Below, piece by piece: positions 11,138 through 22,986 of a DNA stretch of 64,000 nt. The position numbers were made by a program, and so were the translations under genes. Origin of the DNA: Minutocellus sp. GHC0000111 (taxonomy: Eukaryota); contig OZ361260.1 of the NCBI GenBank assembly GCA_977018835.1, positions 310,001-374,000 of the forward strand, read 5' to 3'. Below the pieces are notes generated by a model. That model was not told where the DNA came from, did not search any database, and was given only the letters and a program-made list of their open reading frames with translations. Every line of letters begins with the position of its first letter. Position 1 is the first letter of the stretch.

Positions 11138-13150
11138 CTAAGAGATCACAGACCTCTTGCTCTCATGAGTGGAGAGGGTTGACATCGACTCTCCTGCTGA
11201 CTGACAATGCCGGTTCGAGGTTTGACTGGCGGATTTGTGCGAGGCGGCGGTGGTCCCCGCCTTGTCTCCGTCGTCAACATGAAGCGATTGGATGCCAGTG
11301 AACAAGTACTCGTCCAGCTCGTCGTCTTCGTAGTACCTTCCAACAGCAGTGACTTCTGGCGGCACATGCTGTTTAGCAGACAATTTGTCGCCGTTGGCGT
11401 CATCCTTGGATATGTCCTTTGGTTTCGGTTTCTTGTTGTCGTTTCCAGAAGACTTCTTCAGGCCCCTTTCATCGTTCAGCTCTGCGACAATGTCAACCAG
11501 GCTTTCATCGTCGTCGTCCGGAAAGAAGGATAATGAGCTGCAAGCACTGGATCTACGCACGGAGGAGTCTCCTTCGATTGCGTCACCAGCAAAAGCTGCC
11601 AGTATATCTGCAGGAATCTGCTCGTCCTCGTCAAAGTCCTCGGCATTGTCTACAGTCTGCTCCTTTTCGTCGTGGTGCTGGCCTTGTTGATGGGGTGGCG
11701 CTTCATTATTATCATCATCACCAATAAGGTGGATGGTTGGCGCAGTAAACTTGACGTTATTGCTATGGTTGAAGCTTTCGTTGTGGTTGTTGTCATGGAT
11801 GGTGTTGCTTTGGTCCCCGTCTTGGTACTCTCTTACTGAGGACAAATATCCGCTGGAGTAACGACCTCGTCGGAGAATCGAAACGGCTGAACTGCTAGAT
11901 CGACGCATGCCACCAGTATAGCTGGTTTTTCTGCTGCCAGTATCGAGCCGGGTACCCTCATCAGACAACTGCCGACTGTTGGGTTTCGATGTTGTGCGGC
12001 GAAGGTCCATAGGACCATCGGCAAGTGCTGTTGTAGTAGCAGCGGTGGACTCGGGGATCTGATCAGCAGCAGCGACTGGTGCCATGGCAATGCCGTTCGA
12101 AGTGGCGATCGAAGTTAGAAGATTTTGATAATCCGCGTCATCCTGCTGAAGGAAGGTGTTGCCAGTGCCGAGAGGACGTGCAGAACTGCTGATAGGACCA
12201 GCAGGACCAGCAGCAGAAGCAGTCGACGTAGCGCTAGCATTCCTGCCGAGGGCAAAGCGGGGGTCGTTGTGGAGACTGCTGGTACTTGCCATGCTCATTG
12301 CTGCAGCCGAAAGTCCATTCCTACCCACAAAGCTGTTGTTGGCGAGAGAGGCCATGGAAGACAGTCTAGCGTCGGTGACATTCGTCGCCGTGGTGGCGAC
12401 AGACGAAAAGGAGGGTGCGTTCGCGAGGAAATGCATGTCGTCCAACCGAGGCGTCATGCCAGCGCGGTGATAATACGAATTGGTCCGGGGAATTCTGCGC
12501 ATGCTGCCGATGCCAGAGGATGGGTTTGGGCCGCTGTCCCTGTTGGCGTCGGCGTCGCCGTCGCCATCTCCTTGTCCGTTTTCGCCATCCTTGAGGGGCA
12601 CAATAAATTCGGGGTCACTATTGAGTACTTTGCATCCATCCTCCTCGTCCTGAAAATTATAATGACGATTCAGGACGATCGTTGAGCCACTCGAGGCGAG
12701 GGACGAGAAGGACGGGCCGGTCGCCAGGAAATGGCTCGTATTGTACTTCTTGCTTTTGGCTGGGGATAATTTGTTCATGAAGAGTATCGAATTATGACGA
12801 AGGCGGAATGTTTTGTGATGGTTAGTTTGAGTGACTTTTATTTTGGAGGGATTGCCGAGTTATCAGAGTGCCGATGCCGAACAAGACAAAAACAACACAC
12901 ATAGGAACGATTGATTGGGACAGGATGTCCCAGTGCTCAGCAACAACAATGTAATGCGATGCATGAACACACACTGCATCTATAAGTACTTACCAGAAAA
13001 GGAGGACCGGCTTCTCCTTCCAGCGGCGGCACCACTGTCGTTATTATCCCTGAGAGGCACCATCCCGGAAACGACAGAGCTAGCACCCTGCTCCTCGCCA
13101 CCGCCCGACAGATTGGCCGCGTTGGGGTTGACTGAATGCGAGGCGTGCAT
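11138..13150 (-). CDS. Disordered protein, paralog of 8017-9387; exons 13150-12994 and 12759-11138
   Basis: Phase-1 intron GTAAGT..ACTAAC..CCCCAG (12993-12760). Exon 1 GMVPLR matches paralog GILPLR; shared blocks TGPSFSSLA, IPRTNSYY, QDD..YQNLL, SILRRGRYSSG, VxFTAPTIH. Confidence 0.75.
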
Positions 13151-13678
13151 GGATGCTCCAAGGATTGGCTGTGGCTTTGTGTAGGTTGGTATCGGTGTTA
13201 TTGTTACCGCCACTTCCCTTTCAATGGATGGCAAGCTGGCAAGGAGGCCCCGAGAGTGTCGCAGTTAGTTACTGTACATGCTCTGTGCTGACTTTCTGTG
13301 TGCTCTCGACTCTCGACAGTGATTGGGGCATCCGAAAATTGACTTTCCATCGAAAGTGAAAATGACCGCTTCGTCTGCCACCTCATCATTCACGTCGACA
13401 TTGGGAATGGCCTTCGTATGATAAGAAAAATAATAACGGCCATACTTCTAGAGGAATTCCTACACGTACTAGTGCTTGAAATTGAACCACGTACGTACAA
13501 ATTAGTACGTACTAGTAGTATGTAGTATGGACGTACGTATACGCATGACGGACGGCCGATGATGAGATAACGAGCGAGATGAGGAATACCTCCTGCTATC
13601 ATGCCATTTATTGCCTGGAGCCAAGATAATTGCTCTTTCGGCGCACCATTGCTGTGTCATTTCATATATATTTGATCA

Positions 13679-14527
13679 ATGAGGTGCTTGACGCATGGAT
13701 GCCGCGCAAGTGGTGTTGCTTTAAGCATTTCCACCGTCATCATTTCTTGTACGTGTTGTAGATACGCTGACGCATTTCTTCAACATCCGACGAACATCGC
13801 GTTGCATTTGAATTCAGAATAACTGCCCGTAGTACATGCACGCAACAGCTGCGTTTCTGTCCCTTGTTCGAAAATAGCAAATCCAGAATGTCGGCCGCAC
13901 ACATTATCATTGTTGAGGATGAATGCGGATAATTCTGACGAAAGCGAAAGTGAGGTTACCGATGGCGACAATAATAATGATGCCGAAGGACTTCCCGAAC
14001 GTCCGCCGCCGAAGCCGAAGAACATGTGGCAAACCGTCTTCGATCCGATAGTCACCTCCCCCATACTCCCCTTCATATTGATTTGGGGACCGTTCCTGCA
14101 GAATCCATGCAACAAGAGGAAATGGGCCGAGCTTACGGCGGATGCCAACCCCATCGTGGTGAAGGGGTTTCTTGGGACCGTGGCCTTCTCGATCGTCTCG
14201 TACTTTGTCTACAATGCAAGGGTAGAAGCCGCTGAGGAAGCATCGGAAATCAGAGAACTGGCTTTGAGAGATTTGCGAACGGCACGGCAGGGACAATTCA
14301 CTTCAAATAAAAATCAACAAACAACGTCGGATGCTGTTCAGGAGGCTGCCTCGGCATATGAAGAGGCCCTCCGAAAAGAAATGCAATTGAGATGGATATC
14401 TCCTCAATTGGGTTGGCGATTGGACTTTCCTGACGACCCCGCCAGCCGCGAAGAAGACAAGGCTGCAGCAAAACAATTTCTTGGGCTGGAAATAACAGAC
14501 GATGGCAATATTGTTGAACTCAACTGA
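13679..14527 (+). pseudogene. Plastid-targeted membrane protein with in-frame TAA at 13820-13822
   Basis: ATG 13679 gives signal peptide MRCLTHGCRASGVALSISTVIISCTCCRYADA-FLQ in frame with ORF 13910-14527, separated only by one TAA in the transit-like region. Confidence 0.65.
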
Positions 14528-14670
14528 ATAATACTAACAAGGGAATGGTAGTTTTGAAGTTTGTAGTTGTTTGCTGGTTCTACTTTTCTCACATATGACT
14601 GTCTCTAAACATGCAAAATTATTTATACTTCAAAAACTGAATCTAATTTTCTGCTTTCTGCGCAAGTTTC

Positions 14671-15801
14671 TCAAACAAGGTTGGTTGTCTCGGTCGGCCC
14701 CCCTCCATTGGATGATGGACCGCCGAAAGGATTTTTTATGGAAGGCAAGCTCATCTTGGGGATCTTTACGCCGCTCCACGTCTGCATCAGCTCGGTCTTC
14801 AACACAGCTGGATCGGCATCATCGTCGTCATTGTCAAAGAACTTTGCGATCGACTTTCTCACAATCTTGGCACGCTCAGGATCGAGGTCTTTCAGCATTT
14901 GCTTTTTGATCTGAATAGAATCTCGGAGCATAAGCATCTCCTGCAGACCGGCCAATGGAACCAGGATTTTACGGAAAACTTTGTCAGCGCCTCTGAACAT
15001 TGGGAGCATCAGGTACACGGTGGAGAATATGATGAGGGTGTAGAATCCCGGGATCCAGCCCAACCATGTCTCCATGAGATCCATGATGAGGAAGAGACAT
15101 CCATAAACTGCACAGTAGGTTAACCAATACGTGTCGTCCTCAATCTCTTCGGTCGCAGCAGCGGTGACAGAACAAACGAAGGGGTACACCGTTCCGACAA
15201 GAATTGCCACAGTGCGCTTCAATCCGGCAGGAAGGAACATGAAGATGATCCACAACAGATACAAATGGACGGCGTTTGCCATTGTCTGATAAACGTACGT
15301 GATGAAGTTCGACATTTGTCGCTGGATTGGTTTTAGTCGGGGTCCAAGGAATGGTTCGGTGATCTTCTCATAGACGATCAGGGCACCACAAGTCTTGGGG
15401 AAGTAGAGCCAAAAGAATGAGAAGGTGAGGGTAGATAGCCAGATAGAGTCGGCTTTCTCCGCGGAGATGACATCGTCGACCCACGTGGTGAGGCAGAAAA
15501 GCACTCCTCCAAGCATCCAATATTGGAGCCACTCCTTGTCGTCAGCCTCTTCCGGGGTACAGACGGCCTTTGTGGCACGATAGACTGGGTATACGGCACC
15601 AACCAATGCCACGGTAAGGCTCGAGAAGATGTAGGAGGAGATGGAAGCGGGGAGCAACACGATGACAAGAATCGCAACGATCCAATAAATCGCATGATAC
15701 TTCCAATCATATGGATTTGGCTCGAGGAATTTGTAGGACGCCGACACTGCGGCAAGAACGCCGAGAGAGCAGGCCAATGTGATCCAAGGGACGGCACTCA
15801 T
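14671..15801 (-). CDS. HVA22/REEP (TB2/DP1) family ER-shaping protein with two tandem domains
   Basis: VGAVYPVYRATKA..DDKEWLQYW and VGTVYPFVCSV..DDTYWLTYC, each followed by YLxLP..GA-like motifs. Confidence 0.9.
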   Translation of the reverse strand: MSAVPWITLACSLGVLAAVSASYKFLEPNPYDWKYHAIYWIVAILVIVLLPASISSYIFSSLTVALVGAVYPVYRATKAVCTPEEADDKEWLQYWMLGGVLFCLTTWVDDVISAEKADSIWLSTLTFSFFWLYFPKTCGALIVYEKITEPFLGPRLKPIQRQMSNFITYVYQTMANAVHLYLLWIIFMFLPAGLKRTVAILVGTVYPFVCSVTAAATEEIEDDTYWLTYCAVYGCLFLIMDLMETWLGWIPGFYTLIIFSTVYLMLPMFRGADKVFRKILVPLAGLQEMLMLRDSIQIKKQMLKDLDPERAKIVRKSIAKFFDNDDDDADPAVLKTELMQTWSGVKIPKMSLPSIKNPFGGPSSNGGGPTETTNLV

Positions 15802-15966
15802 TGTGATTCCGACAGGCTATTGTTTCGTCTATTGATCTGTGATCACCGGTCGGTGCGTCTCTTTTGGGGCGTATCTTCCGCTTCTTCTCCGCCAATGATA
15901 CGAAATGCAAAACATTTATTTATTTATTTATGGCGGAATCCGCCATCTGCCGATCTGCCGTGCGAT

Positions 15967-16095
15967 GACAATCCTCACTCCGGGTTTCTTTTGATGAGAG
16001 AGCAGAGCTAGAGTAGAGAGCGAGCGCGCACCGACAATCCTCACTCCGGGTTTCTTTTGATGAGAGAGCAGAGCTAGAGTAGAGAGCGAGCGCGC
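15967..16095. repeat. Perfect tandem duplication, 63-bp unit at 66-bp period
   Basis: gacaatcctcactccgggtttcttttgatgagagagcagagctagagtagagagcgagcgcgc occurs at 15967 and 16033. Confidence 0.95.
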
Positions 16096-16272
16096 GAGAG
16101 CGAGGACCAAGGGACGGCATCCCTTGCGAGGACCGACCGATAGACTGTAGGCGGCAGCGGGGAGGAGACATTAGGTCTACATGTAGATGTGCACTATGTT
16201 GCAAGTTCAGTCATGCTAGACTCTAGTTGATCGAGAGGTAAAATCTATTCTCTAAATTAAGTTAAATCATTC

Positions 16273-17520
16273 TCAAATGATCCCATTATCACGTTCGCTG
16301 TTCAAGGAGTGGTACTTGATGTCCAAGGCACGACCGCTAAAGGGCAGTCCATCTTCTCTCCAAACATCAAGGAGGATGCCGTTCTTTTGGTAGGCAACAT
16401 ACATTCGTCGACCGTCGGGGCTAAACGCAAGGCCCGTCGTCTCCTCATGATACAGAGGTGATTCAAGAATCACGTAGTAGTTGTTGTCCTTGTCGCGACC
16501 GTGGACCCCGGCATCGTCGCCTCCGTCTTCGGTCATGTAGATGATGTCAGCGGGATCGTTGAGAATGCGTGCAGTGGTGTCTGGCTTTCCATCGAAAGCA
16601 CCTCCCTGCACGCTGGACCTGGACCACGTTTTGGAGTCCAACTCCAGCTCAAAGAGTAAAGCCCGAGCCTTGTTGGCAAAGAAGAGACGGCCGTCGGGGG
16701 TGCAATCGATGCCCTCAGTGTAAGGGAAGGTAAGCATGGCATTCTCCTCGCCAAGGTCTCTGTCGTCGGTCCAGTAGAATGTCCCATTTTTACCCGTCCA
16801 GTCTGAGTTCTCCAACACAAGATACTCAATGGTTCCCTCGCGATGTAGCATCTGAGCTGGGTTGTCCCAGTCTGGGTTGGTTGGCGTGAAGCGACGGATG
16901 GGGCCTTGTCTGTGGTCTTCAGTGTAGAAAAAATGAGGACTGGACCGATCGCGCGCATCGTAGGCAAAGCTCTCGAACGCTCCACCGTCTTCCCCCAGCA
17001 CTGTCCTTCGTGGTTCTGGCCCGTACCTGCCGAAAGGATCGACCTCATAAATGAATCCCGTCCGGTTGTACCCCATGGGTTCCTCACAGCTGACCCAAGT
17101 ACCCCATGGAGTCTTGCCGCCGCCACAGTTCCACTCGGTTCCCTTGAGAACCTTGCGATAGTCTACGACGTTGTAGTTGGCATCAAACACCACGCTGCCA
17201 ACGCCACCATCATAAGTTGATTCGGCGTTCGAGACGTAGACGTAGCCACCAGGATACTTGTCGTACAGCTCGGGATAATCTTTGGGAATGGAAAAGGTCG
17301 CACCAGCATCGGGGCGGTTGTGGAAGCGTTCTACAGATTGCCTTCCGTCGGTGAGGTTGACGAACTGGCGAGAACGGGCGATGATCCGCACGTCCAACCC
17401 AGTCGACAGGATGACGCCCTCCTTGTGCACAGTGAGGTCACCGGGGACATAGGTAACTGGCACTTGCGTCGGACCTGGCGTCAGCGATGCCGTAGGATTG
17501 GCAAATATACTTTCGCTGTG
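16273..17520 (-). CDS. PhoX-family (DUF839) alkaline phosphatase; N-terminus (signal/anchor) apparently missing
   Basis: PDAGATF, YVSNAE, NCGGGKTPWGTWVSCEE, EGID, EDG, ETTGLAFSPDG..YVAYQ. There is no ATG or signal peptide before the frame enters the opposite-strand gene at 17522. Confidence 0.85.
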   Translation of the reverse strand, partial: HSESIFANPTASLTPGPTQVPVTYVPGDLTVHKEGVILSTGLDVRIIARSRQFVNLTDGRQSVERFHNRPDAGATFSIPKDYPELYDKYPGGYVYVSNAESTYDGGVGSVVFDANYNVVDYRKVLKGTEWNCGGGKTPWGTWVSCEEPMGYNRTGFIYEVDPFGRYGPEPRRTVLGEDGGAFESFAYDARDRSSPHFFYTEDHRQGPIRRFTPTNPDWDNPAQMLHREGTIEYLVLENSDWTGKNGTFYWTDDRDLGEENAMLTFPYTEGIDCTPDGRLFFANKARALLFELELDSKTWSRSSVQGGAFDGKPDTTARILNDPADIIYMTEDGGDDAGVHGRDKDNNYYVILESPLYHEETTGLAFSPDGRRMYVAYQKNGILLDVWREDGLPFSGRALDIKYHSLNSERDNGII

Positions 17521-17521
17521 A

Positions 17522-19536
17522 ATGTCCCAGTCCAAATATCTGAGCAACGCTCCCACTCTGTACGCCGATCCTTCCATCGATGCCCTTACCATCCCCACGG
17601 CGAGTTCCTCCCACTCGCATGATTCTCAGGACACGCACCAAACGACCGGCAGTGCCAACAGCGCGTCCAGTACCGACAGTCTCAACGCCTTGGCGAGGGA
17701 GAACACCCCCCACAAGAAGAAGAAGAAGAATGAGTCGGCACGAGGCGTTCAAGTGGGCAGTACGCCAGGGAGGATTTCGACGACTTTCAATGCCAACCGT
17801 GAGTCTGGAGACGGCGAAGAAGGAGTTGATTGCGAGGAGAAGGATGATTGCAAGGATATGTTCACTCCCATCGTGCCCAGAAAGAAGGGACGTCCGCCGA
17901 AACGGATTTCCGATGCCTCCGATGTCACTGCAGGTGCCCGCGCTGGTAGTGCCGATGGCAGCATTATGAATGTCGCCAAGGTGACTCTGCAGCAATCAAC
18001 ATCCGACGACGCATCCACTGCCGGTAGCTTTGCAACAGTCAATACTGGTAGGTCTACTACAAGTCATGATCGATACGAGCCTGCCGAGCAGCTCTTGGAA
18101 CGGGCCAAGGGGAGGAAGAACGTGCCAAGAAAGAGCGACAGGATCGCTACCAGGCTCTGTCGCAGCTGCTCAATGCCGAAGAGAGCGAAACGACTATCAA
18201 GGTGGACAATACCAACGTATTTCATGGAATCGACGCCAATAGCGCCGCCAATACTGCTCCCATTAACACCCATGGTGTTGTCAACCGAAGCAAAAATGGC
18301 ACGCCTTACGTCCCCAAGACGGCGGCGCCACCTCCAGCTTTAAGTTACTCCTATTCCGCTAGCAGCGACGTCACCTACCGTTCTCCTACTGCTGCTGAAG
18401 GTAGTGGAGACAACAATGCTTGTGCTGGCATGAGCAGCATTGACAGGACGGTAAGTCAGGCCAGCAGCGTGACGCAGCCTCTGTTTGCGTCGCAGAGTCT
18501 CAACGTCAACGGCGCCGACGATCGCGTTCGTTATGTTCGCTTCACTGATGTTGTCACCACCTTTGATGACGGCGAGAAGAAGAGGAATACTGCCGACATC
18601 CACCCTGTTGAAAAGGGGGATGCGGGCCAGCCCTACGAATCGCCCTTTGTGAAGATGCACAGCGTTCAGCACAATTACGTCGGTGGGGAGGAAAATCGGA
18701 GTGAATTCGAGATTGAGTTGGAACGTAAGATGATGGAACATGACATCGAGGTGAAGCGGGTGGGATACCATGCGCAAGTTTCCACAAGTATGCAACTGTC
18801 CCAAAATGAATCGGCCATCCAGGCTCAGCAGCGTCAGAAAAAGGCACCATCGCCAAACTTCGCCAATCCTTTGTCGCCGGATGGTGTCCTCGATGGTGCT
18901 AATGGCGGCGCATATACTCTTCATGTCGATCATAGGGAGATCACGTATGGTCACAAGAAGGGTCCCAAGAGAACAATCACTGGAAAGGAAACCAAGTTTG
19001 TTCAGGACCGTGCCGCTTGTGGTGCCACCCGCAGTCCTACCATCACCCAAACTACCGAGGGGTTCATCGAGCTTGAGGCGCCTGAGGCAGCCCATACCGA
19101 GTATCTTCTTCGCAAGCCTACACTCAGCTTTGGCTCTCAGACGGCAATTTCGGATGTGACTGCGTCTACCATCCGTCACACCAATACTGGTGATTACACT
19201 TCCATCGACGGCGATGCCGAGGCAAAGGAGTATATGTATGCCCGGGCGACCGCCAACACCTTCAAGCCTCCCAACGCACGTGCGAATGGCGGCTTCGTGC
19301 AGCAGCCACAACCAAGTACATCGTTCTTTGGTGGCCTTGCAGATTCCATGACACAAAGGCTCCGAGATTGCGTTCAGCCCTCGTATCATCAGGCCGTTCT
19401 TCAGTCCCCTCCACCGGTGAAGATGGCCCCTCCAGCTGGGATTGGTGGAAGGCTGAGAGACTGCATTGCTCCCCGGCGGGAATTTATGGTCCATTCGCCC
19501 CATCACGGCACTAACAAGGGAATGATGTCGATCTAA
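17522..19536 (+). pseudogene. Disordered hypothetical protein split by a 1-bp frameshift at the G-run 18109-18112
   Basis: Frame 1 ..EQLLERAK continues in frame 2 as EEERAKKERQDRYQALSQLLNAEESETTIKVDN into ORF 18202-19536. Confidence 0.65.
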
Positions 19537-19907
19537 ATTGGTCCACCTCGCAAATGGATCCACAGGGGCACGAAATTATCAACGAAACGCGGTACGTACA
19601 TAAGTATGGCACCTAAAATTACATAAGAGAAATACATATTTCACAGTGATATTACCACTTCTGTGCAGGTATCCCAACGAATTTTCACTTTTGATTTGCC
19701 GTTTCGCTTCACATGAAAATCTTCCGTTACCTGTTTGATGCAGATACAAAGTGGTCGATCACCGTGATTGGCCGTTGGATATATTAAAGAGAGCCGATTT
19801 CAGACCATAATCAACCATACCAACGAAAGCAATATAAGAGCTGAGACTATAGACTCTATAGCCATCCACTGGGGCTACCAGAAAGCCTTCGAACTTGACT
19901 TGGTGCA

Positions 19908-21259
19908 ATGTCAAACATGAATGACATTTCCAGAACTGCCTCGGTCAAAGTAGAGGCGAGCAAATGTGGCGACGAGAGTATCATCCAGGATGAAAACTTT
20001 CCTTTGGAAGTATTGTACTCAGCTCCGACCAAAGTAGTAGCACCTACTATCCAGCAAGATGACAATGATCACTACCTAGGTACGACCTGAGTACACTAAG
20101 CGAGACTAATGATGAATGCTGCAGTGAATCCTTCACTGGTACCTGCTCTACTACCGATAATATTTTCCAACAGATTGGTCACTCGTTCAGCAACTTTTTC
20201 TTTGGCTGCAATACTCGTAGTCCCAAGGGGGAGAGAAATTTGAAGGAAGACGACGAGACTTATGCACGCCGCACTCATGCTGAAGGCACTACCATTGGTA
20301 CAATAACGACCGATGGTAGCATCGAGTGTCCATCCCCTTGTTGCAGTCCAACCAACCTCGTCAGCCAGTCTAGTATGAGTATGGTCGCTCACCCATCGCT
20401 TAGCTCATATCAGAGGGGCAAATCATCGAGCAAAATCAGAGTTGCTACGAACGAGGAAAGCTGGGACCATGCATTCCGCAATGGGTCTTTTACTTCACCT
20501 ACTAGCACAGCTTTTTCCAAGTCCAAGTCTCGCCCGAGCAAGACGAAGAAGAACGGCTCTACTACCGACAAGGCAAGTCATCATTCAACTCCAAAGAGGG
20601 GTGAAAAGGCATCTATCCGGTCAGCAAGAACAATACCAAGCAAGAAAACTGCACAAACTAGTGAGCTATCAATCTCCGATTCCAGTTTCCACTTTCACCG
20701 TTCTACCACAAGCAAGGGGGGCAGTTCGACTGCCAGTATATCGAGGAGAAAAAAGGATCTGGCCGTTCCATCGAGCCCAACAACTCTTCAGCTATCACCC
20801 ATGTCCTCCTTAAGCCGATCTTCCACGGCATCCTCATCTCGAGCTTCAAAGGATCGATACGCAACTAGTAGTGGTGACAATGTTGCCAGGCCACCAGGCC
20901 AGTATATACCACAGGTGCAACGGGCAACACCTCTGCATCACATTGTATTTTCCAACCAAAAAAATAAAAGTGGTAAAGGCTTGGGGATGGTCACCGGAAA
21001 GAAGAGAATTTGCCTTTCGCCTGGCTATCTTCATAACTTTGAGCTCACGGACGACCCAACCTCCTTCTCGAGTGGACCTGTCGTCTCGTGGGCCCCAGCG
21101 TCTAATAATTCTCACGGAGCAGTGTGTATTGGTGATCATGTGGTAAAGGTCGGTGGCAAAGACACACGCCGAATGACGGCCCTCGATGTTTCTAGACTCC
21201 TCCATACCAAGCGCCACAAGGAACGGGTTGTTACTCTGAGTTTCCGATCCTTTCATTGA
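19908..21259 (+). pseudogene. Ser/Lys-rich protein with C-terminal PDZ-like domain; 1-bp frameshift near 20070
   Basis: ORF 19908-20090 joins a frame open from ~20072 (LPRYDLSTLSETNDECC..) into ORF 20240-21259. PDZ-like GPVVSW..VCIGDHVVKVGGKDTRRMTALDVSRLL. Confidence 0.65.
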
Positions 21260-21444
21260 ACTGCGTCGTACTGCGTATTAGAGTATTGGATAGCGTGTAA
21301 TTGTAGTAAGTGAATGGATTTTCAATTTTGAAAGATTAAATTGAAACGAATCGTACATGTACTGTACGACGAACATGTACATGTAGCTTTTTTTCAAATC
21401 AGACGACTAGCTAATCGTAGTCAGTGTGCCTACTACAAGTAACA

Positions 21445-22912
21445 ATGACGATCTTTAATAAGGGTAGCAAATACATGTAGCGAGTCGAAAAGGCCACTTC
21501 AACAGCCGCCGTCGTTTCCAAAGCGCTGATAGATTTATCCCTCGCCGGCTTTCCAATGCAGCAAGTCATTTATCTCGTCTGCCAGCAACGTCGACTCCTC
21601 CTTCGTCGGCAACAACAAACTCCACAGCATCGCTAGCTCTATGCACTGGAGATGAGGACTATGAAGTGCTTCTACGATCAAACGCTCCGGCCAGATCTCG
21701 TGTCCTCACTCTCACCTCTGGCCGAAACGATTCCAGTGGCAGGACAGTAATCAGAGGATCGAAGGCTCTGGCCCTCAGCCTTTGGGGATCCTTTAGAGAG
21801 CACGCTGGTTTGGCGATGAGAAGCAAAAAGGCTAGCAAAAGGAGATCCTTCCAGTCAAAGCCAATCAGTGTTCTCGACGCTCCCTCAATCGTAAACAACT
21901 ACTACATGAACCTGCTCTCCTGGAATCCGCAATCCGATGTCTTGGCTGTAGCTCTCGGGAAATCAGTGTTCCTATGGAATCGGAAGAGCAGAATCGTCAC
22001 CAGATTGATGAGCACAATGCAGACTGGAGATTTTTCTGCCGATCTCTATGGTGCCTCTGCCCCAAGCATCTCCTCGGTGTCTTGGGGGTCTGGCTCTCTA
22101 TTGTCTGTTGCCACCGAAAAGGGCGAGGTTCTATTGTACGATGCGATCCGGGGAAGTAAAGTATCGTCCTACTGTGGTGATCACGGCGAATCGAGTGTTA
22201 ACGTTCTTGCTTGGAACGATAAGATGCTGTCCTCCGGTGGACGGAGCAGCCACATCGTTAATCGAGACATTCGTATGCCTACTACTAGGAGTGTTGTAAG
22301 CAGATTGTCGCATAGGCATGTGTGCGGGCTGAAATGGTCCCCGGAAGGAGGGGTGCGCAACACTCTCGCCTCGGGAGGCAACGACAATACAGTCCGACTA
22401 TGGGATGCTGCGCAAACAATCGCGCGCGGCACACACTGGCTGAGCACACAGCCGCCGTCAAAGCCATTGCGTGGTCACCACATCAACATGGTCTCCTAGC
22501 AACCGGCGGAGGTACATCTGACGGTCATATCCGGTTCTGGAACAGTCTCTCAGGCGATCTTGTACAAGTTGAAGGCCATTCTTCGCTGTACACTGGATCT
22601 CAGGTGTGTGCTCTTGAGTGGAGCCGGCATACCAAGCAACTTCTATCGTCGCAGGGCTTTGGATGCGATAGGTCTTGCACCAGCCGCAACTCTCTGTGCC
22701 TATGGTCATACCCAACGATGACGAAGCTATACTCTTGGGACAACGAAGGACAGGGAACCGATATGATTGTTAGCCCAGAGGGTACAGCTGTGGCTGTTTC
22801 CGATCCCGAACACGAATGTATCCGCCTCTTCAATGTATTCCAGCCTGGCACACAAAATACACCTCCTCACAAAGACGGGTTTGGTCGATACAAACCAATG
22901 GCTATTCGTTAG
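21445..22912 (+). pseudogene. CDC20: Divergent CDC20/Fizzy-family APC/C co-activator, frameshifted
   Basis: C-box DRFIPRR at 21528; VLDAPSIVNNYYMNLLSW; LASGGNDN; HTAAVKAIAWSP..LATGGGT.D; TGSQVCALEWS; terminal IR tail. Frameshift at A-run 22414-22416; no in-frame ATG upstream of the C-box. Confidence 0.85.
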
Positions 22913-22986
22913 CCACATGTCACCACATGGTTTTCTAGTATCCCACAACATCCACTAATTAAGCAGCGACGCCATTTATCTTTCAC

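Noticed and set aside
17522..22912. Programmed ribosomal frameshifting
   Set aside because: No shared slippery or AAA-stop motif across the sites; shifts lie in varied short homopolymers.
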